Shown here piece by piece: positions 28,231 to 37,225 of a DNA stretch of 50,368 bases. A program made the position numbers and the translations under genes. Every line of letters begins with the position of its first letter. Position 1 is the stretch's first letter. The notes below the pieces were generated by a model. It did not search any database. It was not told the DNA's origin and saw only the letters and a program-made list of their open reading frames with translations. The stretch comes from Escherichia phage GaoY1-9D, in the sequence record PP971806.1, one strand, 5' to 3'.

Positions 28231-30381
28231 TGAAACTCTAATGTTAAGGTTGCTTCCGTTATTTCTGTAGAATCCACCAACTGGAACGCCGACAGACGCC
28301 GCGGCGGAATCGCTATCAGCATCCCTGATTATTAACCCCCTATATTCAGAGCCAGCGTCATATGAATATCCATTTATTGTTGCCCCTCCAGATAATGAGT
28401 TAGTCTTAAGTGATAGACTACTATCTGTAACCTTGCTACCTCCGTAAGCGTAAATACCAAATTGCGAGCTGCACTTTCTCATGTCAACACCGTTAGCAAC
28501 AACAAGCCCATCAGGGTTGTTCCCAACTTTTAATCCGGCTAGCTTAGCTCCGTAGGTCGGTTCTGTTGTTGCATTCGGGTTAATTTGCTCATCAGACGCA
28601 ACTATTGCCCCACCCGTGATTGTTAAGTCAATATTTCCATAAGTTCCATCTATGGTTACAGCCCCGCCATCGCTTGACGTATATCCACCTCCAGTGATAA
28701 TGCAGTTATCTATGAAATTGTTAGTACCAGAGCCTTCGCCATCCCCAATGAAAACAACAGCGCATCTTTTAGCAACATCAAGCCACATGTTTGAGAATCT
28801 TGAGTACGACGTCCCGATGCACTGAACATGTATCCTTGTGTACTCTATCTTCCCACCAATAAAGGCAACACCAGAATGCGGACCCAACCTTATACCAACA
28901 CCAACAGTTTCCGACAATGAAGCAGGATCACTTCCTGAGTGGTATCCAATATCATTAATGTACATGCTTGTAATTGTTGAATCGCTTATGTTATTTGATG
29001 AATAGAACCCCGCTTCAACACACCCTGTAATCTGATCTCCGTAAGACCTGTGTAGACCTGCATTATCTGTCCTCAAACCAATCCTTGCGGCTCTAAACGT
29101 GCAGTTATTCCTTAAATGGTTATTGAATGACTCGGAGTTTGAGTTGTCGCTAAATCTCCTTCCGTATTCAATACAACAAACATCAGCACCCCTTGCGTCT
29201 ACGTCAATATTTGATATAGCTGTCTGCCTACAACCCCTAAAATCAAGAATCGGGTCAAGATATCCAAGAGAGTGATCACCAGCGAGCGCTATGGTTCCAT
29301 TCATATTTAAACCGCTATCAGAATAAGCCCACGAGGATAAAGGCCCAACAATTGACTTGCTACTACGCATCAAAATTGGTTTTTTAACGTAGTAATAATC
29401 ACCAATGTAGCACTCATTTACATATGGAGATGAAAGGCACAGGTTTATTGCTACCGAGTTATCAACGCTTGAATTGTGTGGGATTGCACCAAAAAACCTA
29501 ACATCAACAGGTCCTTTAAAAATACCACCAGAAAAACCATCCCTAAAAATCTGCGAAGATTCTCCAACGTTAATTACCAACCCGCCATCAGGTGTCATAT
29601 CTCTTGATTTTTCAACAGAAAAAATACCACCACCGCTATCATTGGTAGAAGAAATATTTTTAATAAAGATATAGTCACCATCATTTACATTACTATCAAG
29701 AACATCTCTTACAAAATTGAATGTCTTGAATTTTTGCTCTGATTTTGAGTAAACATCAAGGTTCTGCCTTGCAAGTTGCTTATCTGTTAAGTCCGATAGT
29801 GCCAAATCTTTTCTCAATAAGTTTTGCGTATCAAGTGATGCGGCATAATCAGCTGCCTCCTGAGCAGATGCTGCGGCAGAATCTTTGTCATTACTTGCCG
29901 AGATTGCGCTTGCGGCTGCGGCATTCTTATCAGATGATACTTGAGCAGCATCTGTGGCAACCTGGCTTCCAATAGTAACAACATCACTATGCTGCGAGTT
30001 AACCTGAGAAACCTTTGTTTCAAAGTCATTTGCATCGAAGTTGTTGAAAGCATCAACAGCATCGGCAACCTCTGTTTCGCGTGACTGATAGTAACGCAAA
30101 GTCTCGGCAACACCCTGAGCCAAACCCTGAACTGTAATCCCATCGTGCGCAAGGATCGCGTAACCTGTACCTGCTGGTGCTGTTTCACCATTTGGATTAT
30201 ATACAGATAAAGACGTATCACTAGCGATCTCAGTGATAGTGTAAATCTGCACCGGATCAGTTTTAAATACGATTGTGGCACCAACTCGAATTAGCGTCAG
30301 CGGCATAGCCCATTGAGTTCCAGCGCCAGTAACTTGACCGTTTTCTGTAAGGCTGGCTGTGCCAGTATCATAAATTGACAT
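28228..30381 (-). CDS. lateral tail fiber / tailspike-like protein
   Basis: about 718 aa; Ala/Ser-rich linker; Gly/Asn-rich repeat-like C-terminal region; start ATG 30381 with RBS AGGAG. Confidence 0.65.
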   Translation of the reverse strand: MSIYDTGTASLTENGQVTGAGTQWAMPLTLIRVGATIVFKTDPVQIYTITEIASDTSLSVYNPNGETAPAGTGYAILAHDGITVQGLAQGVAETLRYYQSRETEVADAVDAFNNFDANDFETKVSQVNSQHSDVVTIGSQVATDAAQVSSDKNAAAASAISASNDKDSAAASAQEAADYAASLDTQNLLRKDLALSDLTDKQLARQNLDVYSKSEQKFKTFNFVRDVLDSNVNDGDYIFIKNISSTNDSGGGIFSVEKSRDMTPDGGLVINVGESSQIFRDGFSGGIFKGPVDVRFFGAIPHNSSVDNSVAINLCLSSPYVNECYIGDYYYVKKPILMRSSKSIVGPLSSWAYSDSGLNMNGTIALAGDHSLGYLDPILDFRGCRQTAISNIDVDARGADVCCIEYGRRFSDNSNSESFNNHLRNNCTFRAARIGLRTDNAGLHRSYGDQITGCVEAGFYSSNNISDSTITSMYINDIGYHSGSDPASLSETVGVGIRLGPHSGVAFIGGKIEYTRIHVQCIGTSYSRFSNMWLDVAKRCAVVFIGDGEGSGTNNFIDNCIITGGGYTSSDGGAVTIDGTYGNIDLTITGGAIVASDEQINPNATTEPTYGAKLAGLKVGNNPDGLVVANGVDMRKCSSQFGIYAYGGSKVTDSSLSLKTNSLSGGATINGYSYDAGSEYRGLIIRDADSDSAAASVGVPVGGFYRNNGSNLNIRVS

Positions 30382-30405
30382 AATTTCAACTCCTATTTTT
30401 ATTGA

Positions 30406-30440
30406 TAGCACGAATTGCTAAAGCGCAGTATAGCATTACT
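30406..30440. promoter_or_regulatory. cassette-like dyad copy without downstream gene (orientation ambiguous)
   Basis: TAGCACGAATTGCTAAA 30406-30422 then GCAGTATAGCAT; followed by terminator. Confidence 0.35.
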
Positions 30441-30448
30441 TATTGCAT

Positions 30449-30470
30449 AAAAAAACCCGCCGTAGCGGGT
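30449..30470 (-). terminator. intrinsic terminator for primase operon
   Basis: hairpin CCCGC-CGTA-GCGGG with T-run on minus strand. Confidence 0.6.
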
Positions 30471-30475
30471 AATTG

Positions 30476-31420
30476 TTATGAGTACTCATCTATCAGATCC
30501 TGTGGTGTATATAGCTTTCGCTCAAGGCCCATTTTGAAGTTTCCGCCGTTCGGCACTACAACTTTTAAATCACGTTCATCTGCCATGTAAAGTGTGCGCA
30601 AATCATCAGCCGGACACGCTACGCGCAATTCACGTTCGCCACGATACCGATAAGCAACAATCTCAAGATTCTCAGGGGAGAAAGTAACCCATACTTCCTG
30701 GCTGGTTGCCATCTTCACGCGGTAGCCATCAATAAGGTCGCTTGTCATATATATAGCTGCATCATCCTCGCCACTCCCCAGTTTAACAACTGAGCCGCGA
30801 GAATAATCACGCGCAAGGAAAGTGTATTCGCCATTATCATAAGCAAACATGACGTTACACATATCCTCATCAATTCCGTCATGGTGGACCATGTAGCACG
30901 GTAGTGCGTGTATTAGCTCCTCAGTGCCATTCTGACGCACTTTTACGCCAACATCATATGAATCTTCGGTTAGGCACTCATACACGCTTAAATCGGTGCT
31001 CTCGCGCTTTTCTGTGCGCTCCATTACAGATACGCACGACTCATGATCCGCCATCTTGCCAAGGCCTTTCTCCGGTACGCGAGACGCCCTGCGGTAAGCC
31101 TTAGCTTTGTAATCCTGCGGAACTTTGCCAAGGAATCGACCGAGAATATTAATCACTTCACTGTAAGGCTCACCAGTCAGCTTCATCATCCAGCCAACAC
31201 CGGAGTCGTTACCGCACTGGTTACAGATTGCTCCACCGTCACCAGGGGAGTTAATGTTATCAGTCCAGCGGAAGCGATCCGATCCTCCACAATTAGGGCA
31301 CATCTGGTGCTTCTTATTGAACACGATGGACTGCAAACCACAAATTGACTGTAGCGCCTCCTTCCATAATCCCTTCATGTAAGGAAGCACCTCTTCTTTC
31401 TGGTAATTCATTTCGCTCAC
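30476..31420 (-). CDS. DNA primase (zinc-ribbon containing)
   Basis: CPNCGGSDRF ... CNQCG zinc-binding motif near N-terminus; replication module. Confidence 0.6.
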   Translation of the reverse strand: MSEMNYQKEEVLPYMKGLWKEALQSICGLQSIVFNKKHQMCPNCGGSDRFRWTDNINSPGDGGAICNQCGNDSGVGWMMKLTGEPYSEVINILGRFLGKVPQDYKAKAYRRASRVPEKGLGKMADHESCVSVMERTEKRESTDLSVYECLTEDSYDVGVKVRQNGTEELIHALPCYMVHHDGIDEDMCNVMFAYDNGEYTFLARDYSRGSVVKLGSGEDDAAIYMTSDLIDGYRVKMATSQEVWVTFSPENLEIVAYRYRGERELRVACPADDLRTLYMADERDLKVVVPNGGNFKMGLERKLYTPQDLIDEYS

Positions 31421-31434
31421 TGTATTTACTCCAA

Positions 31435-31468
31435 TAAAAAAGGTTGCACCAATTATGGCACAACCTTG
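31435..31468 (-). terminator. intrinsic terminator-like hairpin
   Basis: minus-strand hairpin AAGGTTGTGCC/GGTGCAACCTT then T-run. Confidence 0.45.
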
Positions 31469-31472
31469 ATTG

Positions 31473-31946
31473 TCATTCTTTAGCTTTTCGTGCTGCTTCG
31501 TTTGCCGCTTTAATTTTTCGCCATGATCGACACTCTGGTTTAGTGGCTAGTTCAGCCTCAGTGACGACGCGCAGCATGTGACGCTTTTTGCAACGCAGCG
31601 TCAGCGGCTTACCGTTCCCATCGAATTGCAGATCAGGTCGGCAGAATGTAGCGCGGAATCCTTCGCCAGTTCGCTTATATCGGTTGTGCGCCAGTTGAGC
31701 GCCGCGAGCCGACATCATTCCTCGTTTAAACCATTCCTCAACGGCCTGGCGACTAACCTTCAGTTGTTTTGCGATATTGGCCTTCGTTCCGTAGAAGTCG
31801 AGAACCATTTCCAGTCGCGCCCGAAGCCCGGCCTTTACTTCATCTTTTAAAACGTAGTAACCTGAGGGTCGTTTCCGTTGCTTTTTGTCTTCAGTTCGGA
31901 CTGTTCCGTTGTTGCCGTTAATGGTTCGCTTGTCGACTGCATTCAT
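31473..31946 (-). CDS. HTH DNA-binding protein (putative transcriptional regulator)
   Basis: helix-turn-helix-like segment TKANIAKQLKVSRQAVEEWFKRG; basic protein. Confidence 0.5.
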   Translation of the reverse strand: MNAVDKRTINGNNGTVRTEDKKQRKRPSGYYVLKDEVKAGLRARLEMVLDFYGTKANIAKQLKVSRQAVEEWFKRGMMSARGAQLAHNRYKRTGEGFRATFCRPDLQFDGNGKPLTLRCKKRHMLRVVTEAELATKPECRSWRKIKAANEAARKAKE

Positions 31947-31959
31947 CTCATCACCTCAA

Positions 31960-32038
31960 TAGCACTTTTTGTTAAACATTGGTTTCGAAGGTTGTTATTA
32001 TAACGTCAATCGAACGAACATGAAAGGCATTTAATACT
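31960..32038 (+). promoter_or_regulatory. intergenic cassette copy in divergent region
   Basis: TAGCACTTTTTGTTAAA; TGTTATTATAAC; AATCGAACGAAC; RBS GAAAGG. Confidence 0.6.
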
Positions 32039-34141
32039 ATGGCTATGCGCATTAAATCCATTAAAAAACAGATAGAGGAACTCGGTCCTCAGAAAATTAA
32101 AGAGATTCAGGATAAATTCACGTTCGGTGACATGGTTCCTTATGAATATCAATGCGTAATGTATGATGAGATCGGCAAGCGCATTGCTCGCTACAGACAT
32201 CCATTCATTGTCAAGGCGTCGGTGTCGGCAGGTAAAACAATCGGCTTTGCCATGATCGCATCGCGCGTCAAAGAGATGGGCTTGTCGATGATGATTCTTG
32301 CACGCCAGGGCGATATAGTCGCTCAGGATAGTGAGGAGATCTCAAACTTCGGCGTTCCTAACTCAGTTTACTGTGCTGGCCTGAACACAAAATCAGCTTA
32401 CTTCCCTATCGTTGTAGGCTCGGAAGGTTCGGTTGCGAACGGTCTGTTTAAGGCGCTCGGTGACTTTACACCAATGGTGCTTGGGATTGATGAATGTCAC
32501 CAGGTGGATTGGGAAGACCTTGCCGCCGCCATCGACAACGAAGAGACGATTGAAATGATGCTCACTGAAAAGGATGAGCGTGTATTCGTTGACTACCCGA
32601 AAAACAGCGAGGGCTATGTCAATGGATACCTTGATGGCGTAGAGGTTGGCGTTCAGGTGATGGATAAGCAATTGCTAATCAGCAGGAAGACTGGCGAGCC
32701 TGTTCTCGGCACCAAGCGAAGCCAGTACACTATCATAATCACTGAGTTGATGCGCCGCTGCAAAGAGAAGAACGGGAAGGAATTGCGCATCTTCGGCATG
32801 ACTGGTTCTGAATTCAGAGGGACAACTCCGATTGTTGTCGATAACCCTAAGTTACCTGGGTTCTGGCGTGAGCAGGTTACTAACATCGATACCAATTACC
32901 TTATTGAGTTCGGCTCCGTTGTTCCAACCATATTCGGAAGTGTCGGTGATGCTGGATACGATCTGGATGAGTTCAAGGCATCAGGCCAGGACGGGACGGC
33001 AGATTTTAGCCAGAAAGAAATGAAGGCGATGGAAAAGAAAATCCATGACAACGCCAGCATGACAAAGCGAATTATGGGGATGGTCGTAGAGGAAGCGAAA
33101 AAGCGAAATGGCGTACTGATTACGTGCGCAGGCCAGCGCCATTGCAAAGAGGCGTCGAGCTATCTGCCACCTGACGCTACCTATGAGATCATCACGGAGA
33201 AGACGAACACCAAAAAACGACAAGCGATACTGGAGGCGGCGAACCGTGGCGAGATCAAATACATATTCCAGGTGGTAGCGCTAACCACTGGCGTTAACGT
33301 TCCATTTTGGGATTTTTCGGTAATCCTGCGCAAGATCGGATCGCTTACACTGTTAATACAGTTACTTGGTCGCGGTATGCGATTGCTTAAGCCATGGCAA
33401 AAAGCCATGGGAATGGTTAAGGAAGATCACCTGGTATGGGATTTTGCTGGCACGATGGATGAGCTTGGTCAGCTTTACTTCGATCCGATTCTTGAAGAGG
33501 CTCAGTACCAGCGCCGCTTTGATGGTAAGAAAGAACCGAAAAAATGTGAACTGTGCGGAACCGAGAACAGTTTTTACGCCCGCCGCTGCATTCACAGAGA
33601 CGAAAACGGCAATCGGTGCGAGTATTTCTGGAAGTCTCGCATCTGCGAAGACCAGATTGATGATCGCACTGGAGAGGTTATCGTTAAGGGATGTGGCGCT
33701 AAGAATGACGTAGTGGCGAGAATATGCCGTTGCTGTGATGTTAGCCTGAAAGATCCCAATGATAATCTGACTGGTAAGGCTTACACCAAAAACGACTGGT
33801 GCACAGTTAACAGCTTTGAAGTAACACTGACACGTAACCAGACTGGTGTCCTTTATCGGTACGACCTGACAGACTCAGTGGGAGTTAACTTCATCGCGTA
33901 TGAGAAGTTTTTCCCTCAATCAACGGCGCAGGTATGTCACACGATATGGAAACAAAAAGGGGTATTGCCTCACGTGCATGACAGTAAGATCGCAAAATTA
34001 ATGGCGGCTTACAGAAGTGCCAAAATGATTTTAAACAACGCCCACCACATAGCACATCCTGTGCGGGTAACTCACCGCAAGAATGCAAAAGGTGAGGATA
34101 TTATCTCACGTAAGGATTTCGGATTGGACGGTAACTTATGA
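32039..34141 (+). CDS. SF2 DNA helicase (DEAD/DEAH-box type)
   Basis: Walker A SVSAGKT; motif II IDECH; 700 aa; C-terminal Cys-rich zinc-finger-like region. Confidence 0.8.
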   Translation: MAMRIKSIKKQIEELGPQKIKEIQDKFTFGDMVPYEYQCVMYDEIGKRIARYRHPFIVKASVSAGKTIGFAMIASRVKEMGLSMMILARQGDIVAQDSEEISNFGVPNSVYCAGLNTKSAYFPIVVGSEGSVANGLFKALGDFTPMVLGIDECHQVDWEDLAAAIDNEETIEMMLTEKDERVFVDYPKNSEGYVNGYLDGVEVGVQVMDKQLLISRKTGEPVLGTKRSQYTIIITELMRRCKEKNGKELRIFGMTGSEFRGTTPIVVDNPKLPGFWREQVTNIDTNYLIEFGSVVPTIFGSVGDAGYDLDEFKASGQDGTADFSQKEMKAMEKKIHDNASMTKRIMGMVVEEAKKRNGVLITCAGQRHCKEASSYLPPDATYEIITEKTNTKKRQAILEAANRGEIKYIFQVVALTTGVNVPFWDFSVILRKIGSLTLLIQLLGRGMRLLKPWQKAMGMVKEDHLVWDFAGTMDELGQLYFDPILEEAQYQRRFDGKKEPKKCELCGTENSFYARRCIHRDENGNRCEYFWKSRICEDQIDDRTGEVIVKGCGAKNDVVARICRCCDVSLKDPNDNLTGKAYTKNDWCTVNSFEVTLTRNQTGVLYRYDLTDSVGVNFIAYEKFFPQSTAQVCHTIWKQKGVLPHVHDSKIAKLMAAYRSAKMILNNAHHIAHPVRVTHRKNAKGEDIISRKDFGLDGNL

Positions 34142-34228
34142 TTACAGATTTGTTTTATGTGTGTAAAAGTGATTCTCTTAGATGGAAGGCTAAATCAAGT
34201 AAAAAACAAAAGAACAACATAGGCGAAG

Positions 34229-34639
34229 TTGCCGGGAAGCCCAAACAAAAATGGATACATAAGCGTAATGGTGATGGGTGAAAGGATTATGGCTCATCAC
34301 ATAGCCTGGGAAATTCACCACGGCTTTAGTGTTCCTTATGGTTTTGAAATAGATCACATCGACCATAACCCAAAAAACCAAGCCAAAGATAACTTGAGAT
34401 TGGTAAAAAGATATGATAACGCAAAAAATCTTTCAATGTCAAAATCAAATACTAGCGGAGTAACTGGAGTTTCACTATTCAAGAAAACTGGAAAGTGGAA
34501 AGCATCAATAAAGCATAACGGAAAGACGTATCACTTAGGTTATTTTAATGATATAGAAGAAGCAAGGGCGGCAAGAACCGAGGCGAATATTAAATATAAC
34601 TTCCACAAAAATCATGGAGATAAAAATGTCAATAATTGA
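34229..34639 (+). CDS. HNH homing endonuclease with AP2-like DNA-binding domain
   Basis: HHIAWEIHHG ... EIDHIDHNPKN; C-terminal SGVTGV ... YHLGYF; AT-rich; exact start uncertain. Confidence 0.7.
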   Translation: MPGSPNKNGYISVMVMGERIMAHHIAWEIHHGFSVPYGFEIDHIDHNPKNQAKDNLRLVKRYDNAKNLSMSKSNTSGVTGVSLFKKTGKWKASIKHNGKTYHLGYFNDIEEARAARTEANIKYNFHKNHGDKNVNN

Positions 34640-35057
34640 TAAAGGCGATTACCTGGAGTATTACACTCCAGACAAATCGGATACATGGACCGAGAACAAG
34701 CACCAGGTCGATTGCGTGACCTGGACGAAGGTTAGGCATTGTGATTTGCTGTTCTGGCACGCCGTTAATGAGAACAAGAAGCACATCCACACGGCGTTAA
34801 AGGATGCTCAGAGCGGGTTATTGAAGGGGGTTAGTGACTTTGTATTCCTTATAGGTCCGTTCGGTAAATATCCTTTCGGAGCCATAGAATTAAAGCGCGT
34901 CAATAAGAGCGGAAAAGGAAAGGCATCACCAGTCAGTAAGGAGCAGAAAGATTTCCTCCGGCGCGTCCGTGAGCGTGGCGGATTCGCGGCGGTGGCATAC
35001 GGCCAAGAGGAGTATAAGAAAGCTGTTCATGACATGCTGAATAGCACGAATTGCTAA
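34626..35057 (+). CDS. VRR-NUC-like nuclease (putative)
   Basis: GVSDFVFLIGPFGKYPFGAIELK (D ... ELK); protein ends MLNSTNC, read through cassette dyad. Confidence 0.45.
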   Translation: MSIIDKGDYLEYYTPDKSDTWTENKHQVDCVTWTKVRHCDLLFWHAVNENKKHIHTALKDAQSGLLKGVSDFVFLIGPFGKYPFGAIELKRVNKSGKGKASPVSKEQKDFLRRVRERGGFAAVAYGQEEYKKAVHDMLNSTNC

Positions 35058-35115
35058 AGAGGAATCAGTGAGGTGGTGTATTATCACCTCATCGAAACGA
35101 AGTAACCAACCAAGG
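35042..35115 (+). promoter_or_regulatory. intergenic cassette copy
   Basis: TAGCACGAATTGCTAAA; hairpin GAGGTG/CACCTC with TATTAT; CATCGAAACGAAG. Confidence 0.6.
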
Positions 35116-35123
35116 AAATCAAA

Positions 35124-35396
35124 ATGAAAAAGTCAATCATCGCTCTACTGGCAGTTGTGGCAATGGCAGGTTGTGCAGAAGATACCAAGTTTTACGATTG
35201 CGGTAAGGAATCATTCACAGTAACCAAGTCACAGATTGTTTCAGACAAGGGCGTTGTTATTGAGCGTGAAGGCGATCACTATGAACTGCAAACTTTCTTG
35301 GGGAAGGCGGTTTACAACGTGACTGAAAGTCAAGTCAAGGTTAGCGTAGGTGGGTTCGTTGCCGTAAATAACTGTAAAGTTACCGAGGTTAAATAA
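35124..35396 (+). CDS. small lipoprotein
   Basis: signal peptide with lipobox AMAGC; adjacent to dam start. Confidence 0.55.
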   Translation: MKKSIIALLAVVAMAGCAEDTKFYDCGKESFTVTKSQIVSDKGVVIEREGDHYELQTFLGKAVYNVTESQVKVSVGGFVAVNNCKVTEVK

Positions 35397-35397
35397 G

Positions 35398-36126
35398 ATG
35401 AACGACTCAAATGACAAAGATACCCATGACGCATTCGTTAGCTTTGAACAGATCGAGCGTGAAAACTTTGTTACCAATGCGCTTGTTCCTGGGAACGGTC
35501 ATTACCAGGCGGTCAAGCCTGATACCTTCTATCGGGTAACTGGAAACCGATACGCAGGAAGCAAGACGCCTGACGCTGTGCGTGACCTTTGGGCAACTGA
35601 CAGAGAAGTGATCTCATGGATGGAGTCGCGTTATGGTAAGTACGACATTGACGCCGCCGCCAGCGCTAATAATGCTGTTTGCGAAAAGTTCTACAGCGAA
35701 CAAGTGAACTGCCTCAAAATCTGGTGGGGTAGCAATAAGCACATCTGGCTGAATCCTCCGTACTCACATCCAGATCCTTTCGTGAAGAAAGCGATTGAGC
35801 AAATGGAACACAACAATCAGATTGATATGTTGCTTCCTGGTGATAACTCAACGGCGTGGTTTGCCGAAGCACGACGCAACGCGGCTGAAATCATCTGGAT
35901 TGAGGCGGACATCACAGAGATTGACAGTCAGGAATATTGCCGGACGGGGCGGTTGGCATTCATCTCTGGACTGACCGGAAAGCCTGTCGATGGCAACAAT
36001 AAAGGTAGCGTGATTTTTGTCATGCGAAAACTGCAAGAAGGCGAGACGCAGAAAACGACATACGTTAGCGTTGCCGATATTTGTCCTGGCGTAAGCCGTA
36101 AGAAACCACGTAAACGGAGTGTTTAA
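35398..36126 (+). CDS. dam: DNA N6-adenine methyltransferase
   Basis: catalytic NPPY motif (WLNPPYSHP). Confidence 0.8.
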   Translation: MNDSNDKDTHDAFVSFEQIERENFVTNALVPGNGHYQAVKPDTFYRVTGNRYAGSKTPDAVRDLWATDREVISWMESRYGKYDIDAAASANNAVCEKFYSEQVNCLKIWWGSNKHIWLNPPYSHPDPFVKKAIEQMEHNNQIDMLLPGDNSTAWFAEARRNAAEIIWIEADITEIDSQEYCRTGRLAFISGLTGKPVDGNNKGSVIFVMRKLQEGETQKTTYVSVADICPGVSRKKPRKRSV

Positions 36127-36127
36127 G

Positions 36128-36355
36128 ATGAGCAGTGTACAAATCAATTTAACCGACAAAGGTCAATATCTTTTATTCCGCGCGATCGTTTGTGAGGTGT
36201 TAACGAAAGCAGGCTTTAAGGGTGACGCTTGGGAGTTCTCGGATCTGGATATGTCATTCGAAGAAGTGCAGGATCAGCCGATTAACACATGGGCTAAAGC
36301 GATACGAAAGGATATGGAAGACTATAAACGCGATTGCCCCGAAGATTTCGCATAA
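36128..36355 (+). CDS. hypothetical protein
   Basis: ATG 36128 in frame of track ORF 36119..36355. Confidence 0.45.
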   Translation: MSSVQINLTDKGQYLLFRAIVCEVLTKAGFKGDAWEFSDLDMSFEEVQDQPINTWAKAIRKDMEDYKRDCPEDFA

Positions 36356-36420
36356 TAGCACGAATTGCTAAACATACCCGCCGCCGCGCGGGTATACTTC
36401 TTTCATACCAACGAGACGAG
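36356..36420 (+). promoter_or_regulatory. intergenic cassette copy
   Basis: TAGCACGAATTGCTAAA; hairpin ATACCCGC/GCGGGTAT; CAACGAGACGAGG. Confidence 0.55.
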
Positions 36421-36428
36421 GAATCACC

Positions 36429-36662
36429 ATGAAGAAGCAACCTTTTAGCACTTACAACCAGCAGGCATACCGTAAAAATATTTTACTGCCGCACCTGCTT
36501 CGCCTGGCTAATGAGTGCGCAAGTGAAGCGCTGTCGCTTGGTAAGGACGGCGGTCTTGACGAAGTGATTGCCGTTACTTATCTCAAGGGCGCTTATGGTC
36601 ACTTGCCGATCGCAGACTATCAAGCTATGTCAGGGAGCTTTGACATTTATGGTAACTGTTGA
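36429..36662 (+). CDS. hypothetical protein
   Basis: ORF after cassette. Confidence 0.45.
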   Translation: MKKQPFSTYNQQAYRKNILLPHLLRLANECASEALSLGKDGGLDEVIAVTYLKGAYGHLPIADYQAMSGSFDIYGNC

Positions 36663-36894
36663 GGTAGGTCGTCAGGCTGTTTGGGATCACTGCAAGGAGG
36701 CAGGCATAAGTGATGATATTGCTCTTATAGCAAAGTATTTCGATATTAAAGATATATGCGTCATTTTCAACGGAAAGATGACGTATATACACGAAAGGCC
36801 GCGTAAGCTTATCAGAGTTCCGGCAACTCCGGTTAAGATTGACTACAAGGCCTGCATTCAAGCAACGAAAGACGCAGCGAGAAGATATAAATGA
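36649..36894 (+). CDS. hypothetical protein
   Basis: internal ATG 36649 of track ORF 36568..36894. Confidence 0.4.
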   Translation: MVTVEVGRQAVWDHCKEAGISDDIALIAKYFDIKDICVIFNGKMTYIHERPRKLIRVPATPVKIDYKACIQATKDAARRYK

Positions 36895-37142
36895 GCTTAC
36901 CAGGCCTTGATTTTGACGCTGACAAATATCCGACTTGCAGCAACAACAATGAGACGTTCGCGATCATCCCTTTCGCTGACTGGTTGCCTTCTGACTTCGA
37001 AGATGTGCCATGTTCGCGCGGTGGCGGCTATCGCCTGATGTATTTTAGCCCGTCAACTGGTATGATGGTTCCCAGCGAATCAGAGATAACAGGCGAGGCG
37101 GTTGAACCAAATACTTTAACGACATGGTTGAAAAAGATTTGA
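36891..37142 (+). CDS. hypothetical protein
   Basis: ORF overlapping previous stop. Confidence 0.45.
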   Translation: MSLPGLDFDADKYPTCSNNNETFAIIPFADWLPSDFEDVPCSRGGGYRLMYFSPSTGMMVPSESEITGEAVEPNTLTTWLKKI

Positions 37143-37225
37143 TGCGCTGCTTAATTGCTGTATTATTACCGCCGCTAATTGGTTTTATTATCATCTACTT
37201 ACTAACACGATAAGGATTTACAAAA

